Below are positions 30,306 to 46,272 of a stretch of DNA of 64,000 nt, piece by piece; position 1 is the first letter of the stretch; every line of letters begins with the position of its first letter. The translations under genes and the position numbers were made by a program. Source of the stretch: the human T2T-CHM13v2.0 reference genome, Homo sapiens; assembly GCF_009914755.1 (NCBI RefSeq), contig NC_060926.1; one strand, written 5' to 3'. The notes beneath the pieces were generated by a model. The model saw only the letters and a program-made list of their open reading frames with translations, was not told the DNA's origin and did no database searches.

Positions 30306-30599
30306 TACCTTTTGGCTTAACTGTTGTTGAAAGGTACTTTCCCAGACCAAGTGCTGTGATAGTCACGATTTCACTGGATTTTCACAAGCGACCCTGAGAG
30401 GCAGAAAGGGCTTTTGTTGCCAATTCCATTTCGAGGTGAACCTGAAGCTTGGCAAGGTCTGTGCTTCACCCGGTCCCACGGAGAGCAAGTGGGAAGGGAA
30501 CTCCCATCACCTCCATCTGCATCAGGGCACTCTCCAACACACGGCCTCCATGGAAGGTCAGCGAGGAGAACAACAGTATTGGTTGCAGCGTTCTGCGTT

Positions 30600-30785
30600 T
30601 CAGTGCAAAACACCCTGTGGCTCCAAAAGTAGGTAATTCTGCAGGGGCTTTGGCAAGGGTAACAGGGGGATGAGGTCAAAGCACCTTTTGCCAAACAGTC
30701 TGCGAAGAGCACAGCGGCAAAGATGCTGCAGGCAGCGTGGGGTGAGGGCCAAGGCAAAGAGGGACTGGTAGAACGGCTTGTGCAT
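30600..30785 (-). CDS. ASB18: ASB18 last coding exon (SOCS box), 186 nt
   Basis: Acceptor ttccag| (plus ctg 30786-30788); [31 protein letters not shown]...[13 protein letters not shown] has a BC-box and a Cul5-box (LPLP); TGA at 30602-30600. Confidence 0.95.
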   Translation of the reverse strand: MHKPFYQSLFALALTPRCLQHLCRCALRRLFGKRCFDLIPLLPLPKPLQNYLLLEPQGVLH

Positions 30786-31201
30786 CTGGAAGGGAAGGCA
30801 GGTGGATTAGAAATCTGGGCACGTGGAACCAACATACGTTTTCTTCTTAGCCAGACCACTGATGGTACAAGCGGGCTTTTCTATGGCTAACTGATCCCAG
30901 ATAAGCGCACTGGAGGGAGACGCACCATCTTGTGGGAACCACCCTCTACCCCAGGGGCTTGTGTGCTCTCCCAAAGCACAGTTCCTGCCGAGTGAGAGGG
31001 GATTCTGACTGGGGTGACTTCAGATGCTCCAGGTGGTCTCCCCGAATTCCGTTTTGCTCCATCCTCTTTGCACAGCAGCCCTACAGCTCCGGGGTGGCCC
31101 TGTTCATCTCCCCAAGTCATGACCAGCTCTTCCCTTCTGCCAGGGAGGGGCTCAGGAGCGAGTGCATGGCATTGGTCTGGTGGTCAGTCATGCACACATG
31201 A

Positions 31202-31543
<342 letters not shown>

Positions 31544-31999
31544 TGTTCTCACTCTCTTTTAATGGACAGTCACCTGTGGACTTTGTCGTGGATAGATGTA
31601 ATCCCCATAGCTTCCTTGGTCGTATCTTGAGCTGCTGGAGCATGAAGCTGACTCACAGGGCCGGATTAGTATGTCCTGACGTGGAGCTAGGCCCGTGGAT
31701 TCAGGCGGCTCTGGCCTTTCTTTGGACACTGGTTAAGGAACCCTCGCGCTTTTCAGGCCAGCACGGGGCTCTGAGCTCCTTGAGGCCATGGCACCGCAAC
31801 TACTATAACAAGCTCCTGGCTGTGTGATTATGGAGCCTCCAGAAAAAACCAGAAACGTGCAAATACACCCTCATTTCCCATTCTTCCTTTTTCAGATGTA
31901 TAATACTTAGCCGAATATCAGTGCAAAACTCCCCATGCAAAGAAGCAAAAACAGACAAAAGTTTTGTACTAAAGATGGGCAGAAAGGCAGCCCTCTTGC

Positions 32000-32113
32000 C
32001 TGGAATACTTCCTCAGGAATCACTTCCTTCCAGGACTCTGACAAGCAGAGCTGAGGGTAGGAGTTGAAAAGCACCTCGATGACTGCGGGGACAGATGCAC
32101 AGGTCTTCAGCAC
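32000..32113 (-). CDS. ASB18: ASB18 penultimate coding exon, 114 nt ([10 protein letters not shown]...EEVFQ)
   Basis: Acceptor ccaccag|GTG; phase 0 at both ends; donor CAG|GCAAGA (GC donor); joins in frame to both neighbouring exons. Confidence 0.9.
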
Positions 32114-33282
32114 CTGGTGGGAAGAGGTGAAAGACGCAGCGTAGGCCGACTGGGTTCTGGGTCTCAGTGGGGAAAGGGTGGGGGGTGTGGGGGGATGCTC
32201 TCCCTAGCTGTGTGACCTCCCTACGCCCAAGCCACACAGGGAACAGCAACAGAGCAGTACCACAGGGTTGCTGCAGGGATCACATGAATTAGTGCACACA
32301 AAGACACAAGGCAACGGCTCTGCAAGGGAGCCCTCCTTCCCATCATGATGGCCGCCCAGCCAAAGTCTGGGCCAAGTGCTTAAGCATTCAGGTTCCCAGG
32401 GGGGCTATGCTGGTGGCTTGGCAGGCCTCCTTGGCCCCCAGAGAGCTGCTCAGAGAAAAGGAATGAAGTTCTGCTAGGAGGAAGTTTGGCCCGAGGATGG
32501 TGTTCCCAATTTCTTACCTCAATTTTCAGATGTGTCAGGAAATTGAGAATTGGGGAAGAGGAATTGTTTTGCTGTTGAATTTCCTCTTGACTTGGCATTT
32601 CCGTTTTATTTTCACAGTCCCCACTGGCAAAGATTCCTATTGCCTTATTCACAAATTTATAATTCAAGTCCATTAGCTTCACCATAAAGATGGGAACACT
32701 ATTTGCTTTTAAAAAATAAACTTTTTTTTGTTATGGAGAAGTTTGAACCTTCATACAAAAAAGTAGTGCCAATAGTATGATAAACTCCCATGTATCCCCG
32801 CCCCCCCCATCAACCCATGGTTGATCCTGCCCATCCACTTCTCCTAAGATTAAAGCAAATTCCATGTATCCTATAATTTTATCTGTATTTCAGTGCATCT
32901 TTTATATGACCCTTTGAAGAAACAAAGATAATATTATAGCACCTGAGAAATTAACAAGTTTCATAATATCACGTCATATACAATCAGTGTTTAAATTCAC
33001 AGATTTCTCTTAAATGCCATTATATTAACAAAATAATTTGTTTGTTTGAATAATCATTCCAGTTAGGGCCGATATAATGAGACTGGTTGCTGTGATGTAT
33101 TTTTAGATGTCTTTTTTGTTTCATGTGACTTACTTGTGGTGGGAACTGGGTTATTTGTCCTGTAGCATTTCTCACTGTGGGGCTTTTGCTGATTACATCC
33201 CTGTGGGATTTGTGGACATGCTGCTCTTCCTCTGTTTTCTGTAAATTAGTAGTTGGATTTAGAAGCTGGACCAAATTCAGTT

Positions 33283-33561
<279 letters not shown>

Positions 33562-34098
33562 GAAGCTGGACCAAATTCAGATTCGATTTTGGAGAGGGGC
33601 AGGGCAATTTCATAGCTCTCTCTTTTTGAGGTCTAAGATTTGCCAAGTGTTGTATAATCGTTCTTTCTATTTCTTGGTTGAGAGACCAGAGGTTATGCAA
33701 CTTTTCTAAGCCCAGCTACCATATATCTGCAGCAATGACCTGAACCACTACCGGGGCCTGCCCTGCGTCATGTCTACTGGGGCTCTATGGACACAGAGTC
33801 CAACAAAAGAAAGTATTGAAGTCACTCATGGAGGCTGCTCACTTCACAACTTGCCTCCCTTCTCCACAGCTCCAGACCTAAAACCCCTTTAAAATACAAA
33901 TATGACAAACTAAAAAAAATTCATATTCCTCTGGCTAGAGGTAACTACTATTAACATTTTGTGTATGCTAATGTTTTATGTGTTTAGACAGAAAATTAAT
34001 ATATATGACAACAATGGGTGAATGCTTTGCATATGATTTTGAAATCTGATTTTTTTCCATGCAGAATAGATTGTGAATCTATTTACAAGCAATTATCC

Positions 34099-34393
34099 TT
34101 TTTTCTTTTTTTTTTGGATGGAGTCTTGCTCTATCACCCAGGCTGGGGTGCAGTGGTATGATCTTGGCTCACTGCAACCTCTGCCTCCCAGTTCAAGCTA
34201 TTCTCCTGCCTCAGCCTCCCAAGTAGCTGGGACTACAGGCAGGTGCCACCACACCCGGCTGATTTTTGTATTTTTATTAGAGACAGAGTTTCACCATGTT
34301 GGCCAGGCTGGTCTTGAACTCCTGACCTCATGATCCGCCCACCTCAGCCTCCCAAAGTGCTGGGATTACAGGCGTGAGCCACTGTGCCCAGCC
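34099..34393 (-). mobile_element. Alu (AluS-like)
   Basis: Alu consensus. Confidence 0.92.
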
Positions 34394-34700
34394 CAATATG
34401 GACTATTTACTTTTGTTTTGTTTGACCATTTGTTTTTCTTCCTTTGTGAATTGCTCAATTATGTCTTTTGCTCATTTTTCTATTGGTGTGTTCATTTCTT
34501 CACTGATTTGTAAGTACATTTTATTTATTAGGGTTATTTTCAGGTAGACAATAATTTTGCAAATAATGATATTTTTTTCTCCTCAATATTAATATTTCTT
34601 GTCTTATTACACTGGCTAGAGCTTTTCAGTTCAATGCTAAATAACAACATTAATAGCATGCATAATTATCTTATTCCTAACTTTAATAGGATTGTCTCTA

Positions 34701-35213
<513 letters not shown>

Positions 35214-35767
35214 CTATTCTTCTATATTTAATATACATATTATATATAAAAATATAAAATGATAATATCACTATATATCAGAGAGGGATATATATGCTAT
35301 TATATATACTAGATCAGGCTAGATCTTCACCGTATCTATTAATAAGCACACTTTTCTCATTTGAAATAGTAGAGTATACATAATACAGTGCCAGACTCAA
35401 TTTACTAAGATTTTTAAATCTCTTAATAAATTTGGTTTATAATTTTTTGAGCTATTTTTGTCAAGTTTTAACATCATTTTATGTTAACTTAGTAAAACTA
35501 TCTGATAAAATTTGTTTTTTTTTTAATACTTGGGAATATTTTAACAAGTAGACCATTATTGGAATCAGGAAGGCACAGTAGATCTTGCATTTGACATTGT
35601 CTATGCCTGGCATTTAGCTGCAGGTAGTAATTTGATAGTTTTCATTTCTTTCATGGTTATTGGCACATTTTATTTTGATTTCTTCTTGAGTCCATTTTGT
35701 TAATCTATATTTTCCTGGAAAATAATCTTCATTTTAAAGAAATTTAGCATTGCATAGATAACAGTCA

Positions 35768-36108
<341 letters not shown>

Positions 36109-36830
36109 TCATTCCAGAAGTGTTTATTGATACAGGAACTATTTAACCAGATGTGGGTACAAGGAAACTGACAAGGGTCAGGGCAGCAATGTGGGGTCGT
36201 GGCAGAGGTATTACCACCCTGGGCTGAAGGGCCAGTCAGGTGAGCTGTCGTAGCAGAAGCAGCAGTCCTCGCTTGGGGATACACAGCTAGCCTGAGGCAA
36301 AGAGCCAGCCCAGAGAATGCATGTTCTGCCCTCACTCTCCTTTCCTCCCTCCTGCTGCCGGGACACCCCACTGGCTATACCCAGCTGGAAGGCAGAGGGC
36401 CGAGAGCTGTAGAATGAGGTCCATACGGATCCATAAAGGTGGAAGGAAGAGATCTTCACTCTATCGATGAATAAGCACCCTTTTCTCATTTGAAATTCAC
36501 TGTAATTGTATTTTCAATGCTTTTTTTCCTGTTTAGTTTTGCTGAAGGTTTTTCCATTTTACTCCTTTTTTCAAGAAATCAGCTATTGGATTTTGTTGAT
36601 CAGTTCTCTTTTAAAATATTATAACCCATTAATTTTTGCCTTTATCATTATTAACTCCTTTCTCCTATCTCCTTAGGTATGTTTTGTTTGTCTTTCATGC
36701 TCCTTGGATTGACTGCTCAGTTAATTTCATAACATTTTTTTCCTAGAGTCATAATAAAGGCAACTTTCAAAATGGTATAAATTTCCCTTTGAACGTTGGT
36801 AGGGTCATAGCCAAGAGTTTTGAGGCAGTG

Positions 36831-37194
<364 letters not shown>

Positions 37195-37636
37195 TAGTCT
37201 GCAGTTAAATAACTGTTGAGGCAGTAGTTATTTGAGAGTGTGCTATAACATTTTCAAATGGTTATTTTTTAAAATGAACAGACTTTTTACTATTAATTTT
37301 CTGGTATATTGCAATATGGCTGTAGACAATGTCTGTTTTGGCACTAGCAGAAGTCACATTTCATTTGGTTCAAAATATGTTTGTCACATTTATGATTTGG
37401 AGCTACTGCACTTCATTTTTTTTTTTTTTTGGCTCACTTGGTCTGTGATAGATATGAATTAAGAATCACCTAAATTATTTTTCAGTCATTTTCTCTGTTT
37501 TAACACAATCTTCTTTGGCACATAAAGTTTATAATGGTTATCTTTTCACTATGGGTTATATCCTTGGTCAATATCAAATGAATATTTTTTCCCCTCTCAT
37601 TTTGTGTATTTCCTTGGAATTCTATTTGCATATTGA

Positions 37637-37978
<342 letters not shown>

Positions 37979-38266
37979 TCATTTTTAAATTTTAACCTTT
38001 TGTTTCACTTTGTTTTAAATGTATTTGAGAGTCTGTGTTGGTAACAGGGTAGTTTAAGCAATTTTCATTTATTATCATAAATCAAGCGTTTGGTCTCACT
38101 CTGGTCTCACTTTATTCTTTTTGTTTTCTGCTTCTTGTTTCCTTTGTTTTCCGGTTCTGTTGTACATGTTTGTATTTTCTTTGGATTCATCTTCCGTATT
38201 TTGGAAGTATGCATTGTCTTTAAAATGCTATTAGTTACCTTCAAAATAAAAAAAAATATCAACCTA

Positions 38267-38550
<284 letters not shown>

Positions 38551-39311
38551 CTATAGTTCTCTAAAAATCTAAATAGTATCTTTTATGTTCCGGATATGCC
38601 ATCATCCTTTCTCTTACATTTCTCTCTTAACCAGTTCTTCTCCCTTCCTTTCTTAATAATACTGGAGTTTTAGTTCCAGGTTGTCATTATTATATGATCA
38701 TATTTATATTGCGTATCTCCTTCAGTAACAATTTTGGTATTTGCATTTAGTTTTACAATGTGTTTCCCAATTATTTGTCCCTGTTATAGCTGGGTTGTAT
38801 GCTCACCACCTGTCCTTTAAGCCATCCCTTCTGTAGGTATTTGCCGAGCTCCTACTAGAAAGCAGGGATTGTGTTATGTCTGCATGTTATGATGGCCAGC
38901 TCCACCTTCACAGAGCTTTACAGTCCCAAATATAACAACAACAATACAGTGCTGTGGTCATATGAGGGGGAGTTCAGGGGAAGATTTCTGGAAGAAGTGA
39001 CATCCAAGCCGAGACCTGGCTCTGGAGCAGGAGTTAGCAGGGGGAAAAAAAGGCATGGAGAGTTCTGGGGACAAGAGTGTTCTAGGCAGAGAAAACGTAT
39101 TATGCCAGGTTTGGGAGGTGAGAAGGAGCAAATAATGTTGGCTGGGGCATGAGTCTGACATGGGGAGTGCTCGGAAATGAAACAGGAGAGGAAAGCAGGG
39201 AAGACCATGGAGTCCATTATCTGCCTGAGAAGGAGGCTGGCACAGGGAGCACTTGCCAGGTATGAGTGGAGGAGAGGCTGGGTCTGATTTTAATTTTAGA
39301 AATATCACCAA

Positions 39312-39653
<342 letters not shown>

Positions 39654-40029
39654 TCACCAAGGCTGGATCTGGGGAATAGTTTAGAGGAGACAGAGAGCCC
39701 AGTGAAGAAGATGTGTCCATCTAGGGGAGAGATGGTGGTGGCCTCACCTCAGGTGGTGGCAGTCAGGAGGGTAGGAGATTTTGAGATATATTTAGGGGGA
39801 AGAGTGGGGAGAATCTGGGGATGGATTTCCCCCTTCCTGAGCTCTTCGTTAGTGTTATCTCTTTGTCAGCTGGAGTACATCTACCTCAATGGGCCATTAG
39901 CCCCAGCCACTCCCCCATACTGTCCTTACCAATGGCACCAATGCTGCTCTTGGCCCAGGCTCTGCCTCGCCAGTGGTCCATGCTCTGCCTCACTTTACTT
40001 GCTGTGTCAGCCACGCCTGACATGTTGAC

Positions 40030-41410
40030 GATGTCTTCCACCTCAATGCAGCCTTCACTTGGCTTTGAGGAAGGTGTGCTCTCATTCCTTCCACCTCACT
40101 GGTTGCCCCTCCTCGGTTTCCTTAGCTGCTGTCTCATCTCCGTCCTTCAGATGTTCGACCATCCCTGCATTCAGGCCTGTTCCTCTTTTCCGTTTACTCT
40201 CACTTGCTGGTGATCTTATCTGGTTTCCTGGCTTTAAATACCATCCTTTGTCACTGACCCTCAAAGGTATATCTCCAGGTTGGCCAAATCTCTCCCTCTC
40301 AAACTTTGGGCTTCGATATCCAGCTGCTTACATTGTAGCTACACCTGGCTGTATCCCACACTCAACATACCAAAAACTGAACTCCCTTGTTCACCAGGTC
40401 CCAACCTGCTGTGCCACCCATAACCTGCCCCATTCCCAAGTGATAGCAAACTCATTCTTGTAGTCTCTTGGGCTGGAATCAGAGTCATCCATTGCTCCTG
40501 TTTCTCCTACACTCCACATACCAAAAACTGAACTCCCTTGTTCACCAGGTCCCAACCTGCTGTGCCACCCATAACCTGCCCCATTCCCAAGTGATAGCAA
40601 ACTCATTCTTGCAGTCTCTTGGGCTAGAATCAGAGTCGTCCATTGCTCCTGTTTCTCCTACACTCCACATCCCATCTGTTAAAAAATCCTGTTGGCTCTA
40701 CCTCCAAAATATATCCAGGGTCAGATCGCCTCCCTTGTCCACACCACCATCACCCCTCCTGTGAATCACAGCAACACCCTCCTAACTCATCTTTCGACAT
40801 CTGTTCTCCTCTTTCTCAAGCATCTGCTTAACATGGCAGATGTTAAGAGGAGGATCTTTACAAAATATTGTTGGATTGCGTCACTCCTCTGCTCAAATCC
40901 CTCCAATGGTCAAAGTCATTACAATGTCCTGTAAGACCCCACACAACCTGTGCCCTCTCCCTTACCACCCCTAATCTCATCTCCTACTCCCATCCCACTA
41001 GCTCCTTCCATCTCCGGCCACACTGGTCCCCTGTGGTTCTGTGCGCAGGGCTGGCCCACTCCAGCCTTAGGCTACAGATGGCTGGTCCTCTGCTGGGCTG
41101 CTCTTCCCCAGACATCCACACAGTGGGTCCCTCACATCTCTCAAGTCTTTGTTCAGCAGTCACTGACCCTAACTGCCTGACTTAAAATTGCAACTGCCTT
41201 CCACCCTTTTAATTTCTCTATAGTCCTTATCACTTTTTTGGTCTGTTGATCATGCTCAATATTTAATGCCTGTCTTCCCCATTAGAATGTAAGCTCCACA
41301 TAGGCAGGAATACTTCTTTCCCCTTATCTGTTCACTCACTTATCCTATGTGCCTAGTATATTGCTGGGACATGACTGGTGCTCAGCAAATACTTTTTGAT
41401 AAATAATTGA
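40030..41410. mobile_element. L2 3' region remnant
   Basis: L2 motifs ggctttaaataccatc, tacctccaaaatatatcc, attagaatgtaagctcca...gtgctcagcaaata. Confidence 0.7.
40365..40670. repeat. 151-bp tandem duplication (2 copies)
   Basis: acataccaaaaactgaactccc... starts at 40365 and at 40516; 3 substitutions between copies. Confidence 0.95.
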
Positions 41411-42019
41411 AGTATTTTTTCTTTTTCAGAAAATGCATTAGAAAGGCATGTTTTATGAACCCTTGATATCTAAAAGTGTCTTTCATCATCAAAATGAAAG
41501 TATCTTCACTGAGTCTAAAATTCTAGTGTCCAAATTTTCCTTTCAAAATCGGTGGATGATATTTCATTGTCTTATGTTACTATTACAGCAGAAACATCTG
41601 AGTCCAGCCTGGTTTTTATTCCTTTATGAATAGCCTGTTTTCTGCTTAAATACTTTGCCAGATTTTTCCATGTCTTTTTAGAACATTTTTGTTAGAATGT
41701 ATATAGGTATGTGCCTCCTGTCATTGATTTGCAGAGAACACCCTTTTCGATTGCCAACCAAAAGTTAAGACTTTCAGTGCAGCTAAGTTTTCTTCTATTA
41801 TGTCTTTGGTTATTATTTCTGATCCATTTGTCCTAGGCTCCTTCTGCAGTAACATCACTTATCTGTGGGTTGGCTCTCTATCCTTTATTACCATCACTTT
41901 CTCTTTTAGTTTCTTGGGTTTTTTTTTTTTTTGCACTTAAGAATAGTTTTTGTCATTAGTATTTCATTATAGTGAACACTGAGGTTGACTTTCCAACAAT
42001 TCAGATGATTAGTTTAATC

Positions 42020-42950
42020 CAATCATGGTAAACCAATCTCCTTTGCCAGTTATTGGTTCAGAGAAGGGTAGGTTTAAGCCAACTGAGGACACCTCCTCAG
42101 GGTTTCTAGAAAAAAGGAACAACAGGATATGAACAAGGAAACGGGCCCATTGTTGCTGGAAGCCATCTTGTGACCATGAGGGAGGCATTCTGAGGACAAA
42201 GCTGACTCACTGAGGTTGGCAGAGCAGAGAGTTGGGAAGCACCAGGTTCTTTGAGGACATCATCCAGACACTGAAACAACCAATTCTGAAGCCTGCTACT
42301 TCTGCACTTACTGTTATATGAGATAAAAAGATGCATTTCCTTATTTAAACCTGTTTGAATTGGGTTTTCTGCTACTTGTGATTTAAACCACCTGTATCAG
42401 AGTCCAATCAGGCAAAGGAAACCACTCTAGGTATTTCAACCAGAAACAACTTTACACATGGAATTGGTTACGTAGGTAATCAAACTGCTGAGATTCCAAC
42501 AAGGGGAAGGTGAAGTAGCCTAGAGATTAGCGAAATAGAAAGCTGTCATTACTCTTAAGAGTTGGTGGGATAGTGGGATGAGGTAGTCTAATCAGAGTCC
42601 AGAGACCAGGGCCATCCGCTGGAAGCAAGTTGAGTCAGGGGCTACCCACTGGGGACTGGGGCCATGAAGGGAGGGACTGTCTGGTGGGTGTTGGTGTCAC
42701 AGAGACGATGCAGGTGCTGCTGGTGAAGCTACACAAGACAGAGACAAAAGAGAGAAATACCCTGGTTTCTTTCTTCCTCCACACTCGTTTCCCATGGTGT
42801 CTCCCATTGGCTGAGTCCGACTAGAAGCCAGCTGATGGGGGCTCTGAGTGCAGCTTGAGGGGGCTTTCCCTTTCCCCCTGTCACCCAGGATGCAGAGCAG
42901 GACCCAGGAACAGCAGGAAAGGGTCTGAGGGCACACGGGCCAATGGCCCA
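42020..42950. mobile_element. Ancient LTR remnants (MLT1-like followed by ERVL LTR-like)
   Basis: gccatcttgtgaccatgaggg and gggttttctgctacttg are MLT1-like; subfamily uncertain. Confidence 0.45.
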
Positions 42951-45001
42951 GCACGGATTTGATTCTTTCTTTATGAATCAACTCTGCCTTTTCCTTCTTT
43001 AGTGTATACTTCAATCTGACTGTGCTGTTAGTTTCTTGGTGTAACTATCTCCTCCATCTTCCTTTTCATGTCATTCTATTGAGTTTTCATCTTAACCAGT
43101 ACTGTTTCGATGAATCCCACAAGCTATGTCTTCTTGTACTCCATAGAGGATGGCACATACTTTCTGAGATTTTCTTGGATCTCCTGTTTTCTGGATGCTG
43201 TTCTATTTTTCGGTTTGTCCTCTTTTCCCCCATGAATCTATTCCTTTTTCTCTTTATTAGTCTTTGATTAAGGAGAGAACCAGATGCAAATTTTGCCAAC
43301 ATGCAGGGGAAGTCTGTGGTCCTACTCTGTGCCCAGCCGGGAGACGTGGAGGGAGGGGGACGAGGGCCTGGCCCAGCCCCGTTCCCGGTTGGACGGTTTG
43401 CCCGGTGGACTTGAGCTTCGGCCTGGAGGCTTCTTCCTGCTACCCTCTTCCTGGCAGTTGGCAAGTTGCTCTGAAAGCTGGGTTCCCCCGATTTTCACAT
43501 CTGCACTTTACTGTGGCTTCACAGGCTTCCCCCACTGCCTGGCTGACTTTTTTTTTTTTTTTTTGGTAATGTCTGCCTGACAGCCTGGAAACTTACGGCC
43601 GTGCAGCAGAAGGACATTGGGTCTGGGTCTTCCTAGACTCAGACATGAGGTTGCCTTGTTGCTGTGGATTTCCTCTCTCTCTTTCCCTCCTTTTCTTTCT
43701 TCCTTCCTCTCATCTGTGCCTTCAAAGCTATCTTTTGGAGGACAGGAGCTGTTCTTTCTAGACTGGGCATCATATCGACATCATAAGAGCTATTATCGGT
43801 GGTCCCCTCCCCATGCCCAATTATTTTTGTTCTCATCCATTACTGTCACTGAGTCAGGCTTGGCAGGCTTTACGGAAAGAGAGAGACAGAGCATGAACAC
43901 GGAGACACGGAGAAACCAAGCCACAGAGGGAGTGCCTGGCAGGAGGCCTGGGGCCAGCACGGTCTTCCCAGCCCATCTCGCCAGCCCTGTCCCTCTCTGC
44001 GCCCCACACATGTTGATATTTCTGGCTCACACGAGCCCCACTAACATGCCATTTCCTCGTGCACGGCAGTCTCTGATTTCAATCATCCCCTTCTGTGTTG
44101 GGAAAAAAATCACGCCATTAAGAAGGACTCACGCTGGACCCCTCGGGATGGAGTCTGCTGCTATTTATCTGGTACCCTAGGCGATGCTCAGGTCTTGCTC
44201 ACTGCAAACCTCCAGCGACCCTCCCACTGGCCCTGTCACTTCTCTGCAAAATGTTAAATGGCTCCCAGGGACTGCAGGTAACCCGGACATGCCCCACCCT
44301 GGGAAGAGGTGCCCTCCATTAGAGCAAAAGCACCACCTCCTCCCGCCCCTCCCCCACCGGGTCACAGACTGTGACAGAGTCTTATTGCCTGTCTCTGGGA
44401 ATTCATTTTCTGTCTCTCCTCTGTTCCACCTCTCTGGGGCTCCCTGCCCCTCCCCGTCCTCTGCATCGTGCCCCCTCATGTTTGCCAGGCAGCTGGCTGC
44501 CTTCATTATTTTTACGCCAACACAGTTTAAAAATCTCCGCGGCCTCCTTGCTGTCTGCGGAGAGGCGGCTGCCACATTACTCTGACATGCTGATGTCATT
44601 AGTGTCCACGCACACCACACTCTCTTCAGCTAATGAGGCGGCAGAAAGAAAATTAAGGGGAAAAATCACACAGGCACATTGCTTTATATGTAGATGGAGA
44701 AATAAAACGACAGCAAGAAAAACACAGGCGCCCTACTTATGATCTCCCCTCTCTCCTCCCACTGGGGACTGGGTGCACGCAACTCTGTGAAGATGGGAGG
44801 GGGAGCCCTGGTTTTTGACTACTGCTACTCCAGAAATCTCCCACTAAAAATCCTGTGGAATTGGGATAAGCGAAGTCCCTTTACCTGATTTAGTAATTAG
44901 GTAAAAAGAAAACATGAAAACTTTAGGTCTCCATTTTCAGTATGGTTAGTGCCCAGAAGCTGAGACAAGACCAGAGATTTGCAGATGTTTCTAGAATCTG
45001 C

Positions 45002-45291
45002 TTTTTTTTTTTTTTTTTAAGACAAGGTCTTGCTCTGTCGTCCAGGCTGGAGTGTAGTATTGCAATCATGGCTCACTGCAGCTTCCACCCCCTGGGTTTA
45101 GGTAATCCTCCTGTCTCAGCCTCCTGAGTAACTGGGACTACAGTTGCATGCCACCATGCCCAGGTAATTTAATTTTTTGTGGAGATGGTGTCTCACTATG
45201 TTGTCTAGGCCAGTCTCAAACTGCTGGGCTCAAGTCATCCTTGTGCCTCCCAGAGTGCTAGGATTATAGGCGTGAGCTATTGCCTCTGGCC
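45002..45291 (-). mobile_element. Alu (AluJ-like)
   Basis: Alu consensus; TSD ctagaatctg. Confidence 0.9.
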
Positions 45292-46101
45292 TAGAATCTG
45301 TTATTCTTGCACCAACCTCCATCCCCCATGCAAGCTATGTGAATCCCTTACCTGGACTGCCACCACAGCCTGTGGTTTCCATCAGCCCCCTACCTGGTGT
45401 GTTCTCTACGTCGAGCTTAGAAATTCCAAAATACTGATTGGATGATGTCATCTCCTTCCTTGAAAATGATGTAATCAACTCCCAATATTCCAAAGTCAGA
45501 GGCCCAGGCCCTTAAGGCCCTGCCTGGCTGCCTAGTCTCAACTGGTGCCCCCTAGCTGTTTCCTCTCCAACGACTAGCTCATTTTTCCAACTGCACACAT
45601 TGCCGTGCCTGTCCTGCTCCAGGACATTTGCCCAGGACGTCTGTCTAGAATGTTTGTCCCCCGCTTCACAAAGATAAGCCTTCAGCCTTCAGATCTCGGC
45701 TCACTCATCACACACTTGAGGGAGCCTTGGACCCTGCCCCCCAGCCAGGTGAAACCCCTGTTCTGTGCTTTCAAGGTGAAGTGAGCCTCGGCTTTGCAGC
45801 ACTTCTCACCATGGCAACTTCACCTTAGTGTGTGTACTTGTCTGATCCACGTGACAGGCAGCTCCACCAGGGTGGGAAATACACATGCTCCTGCTCCTCA
45901 CTGTGACTCCAGTACCAAGCACCCAAGTTCCCCCAAAATGTTTGTTGAATGAATACATAAGTACTAAAGGGATGCCCGTGGGAAGCATAGCCGATGCCTA
46001 CATGACTTGGGGGAAATCCTTCATTACTGGTGTTGTCCCTGCACTTCCCCGACTGGTGGACAAGTATGAGTCTGAAGTATTATTAGTATTTCATTTTTAC
46101 A

Positions 46102-46272
46102 CAGGGTAAAGTAGAAATGCAGTCCCTCTCAACCATAAATTATGCAGTTTCTGCATCTATGAGTTTCTCATATCTGGGAAAACCGTGCGGGTCATCAGAC
46201 CCGGAATGCAATCCATAAGTCTCACCCTGAGAAAACCACCTTTGTGATCATGGCATCTCCTCTGCCAGGTGA
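46102..46272 (-). pseudogene. Retroposed U1 snRNA pseudogene
   Basis: Reverse complement reads tcacctggcagaggagatgccatgatcacaaaggtggttttctcaggg...actgcataatttatggt...taccctg, colinear with U1; A-rich tail; 9-bp direct repeat gagtctgaa (46068-46076 and 46273-46281). Confidence 0.93.
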
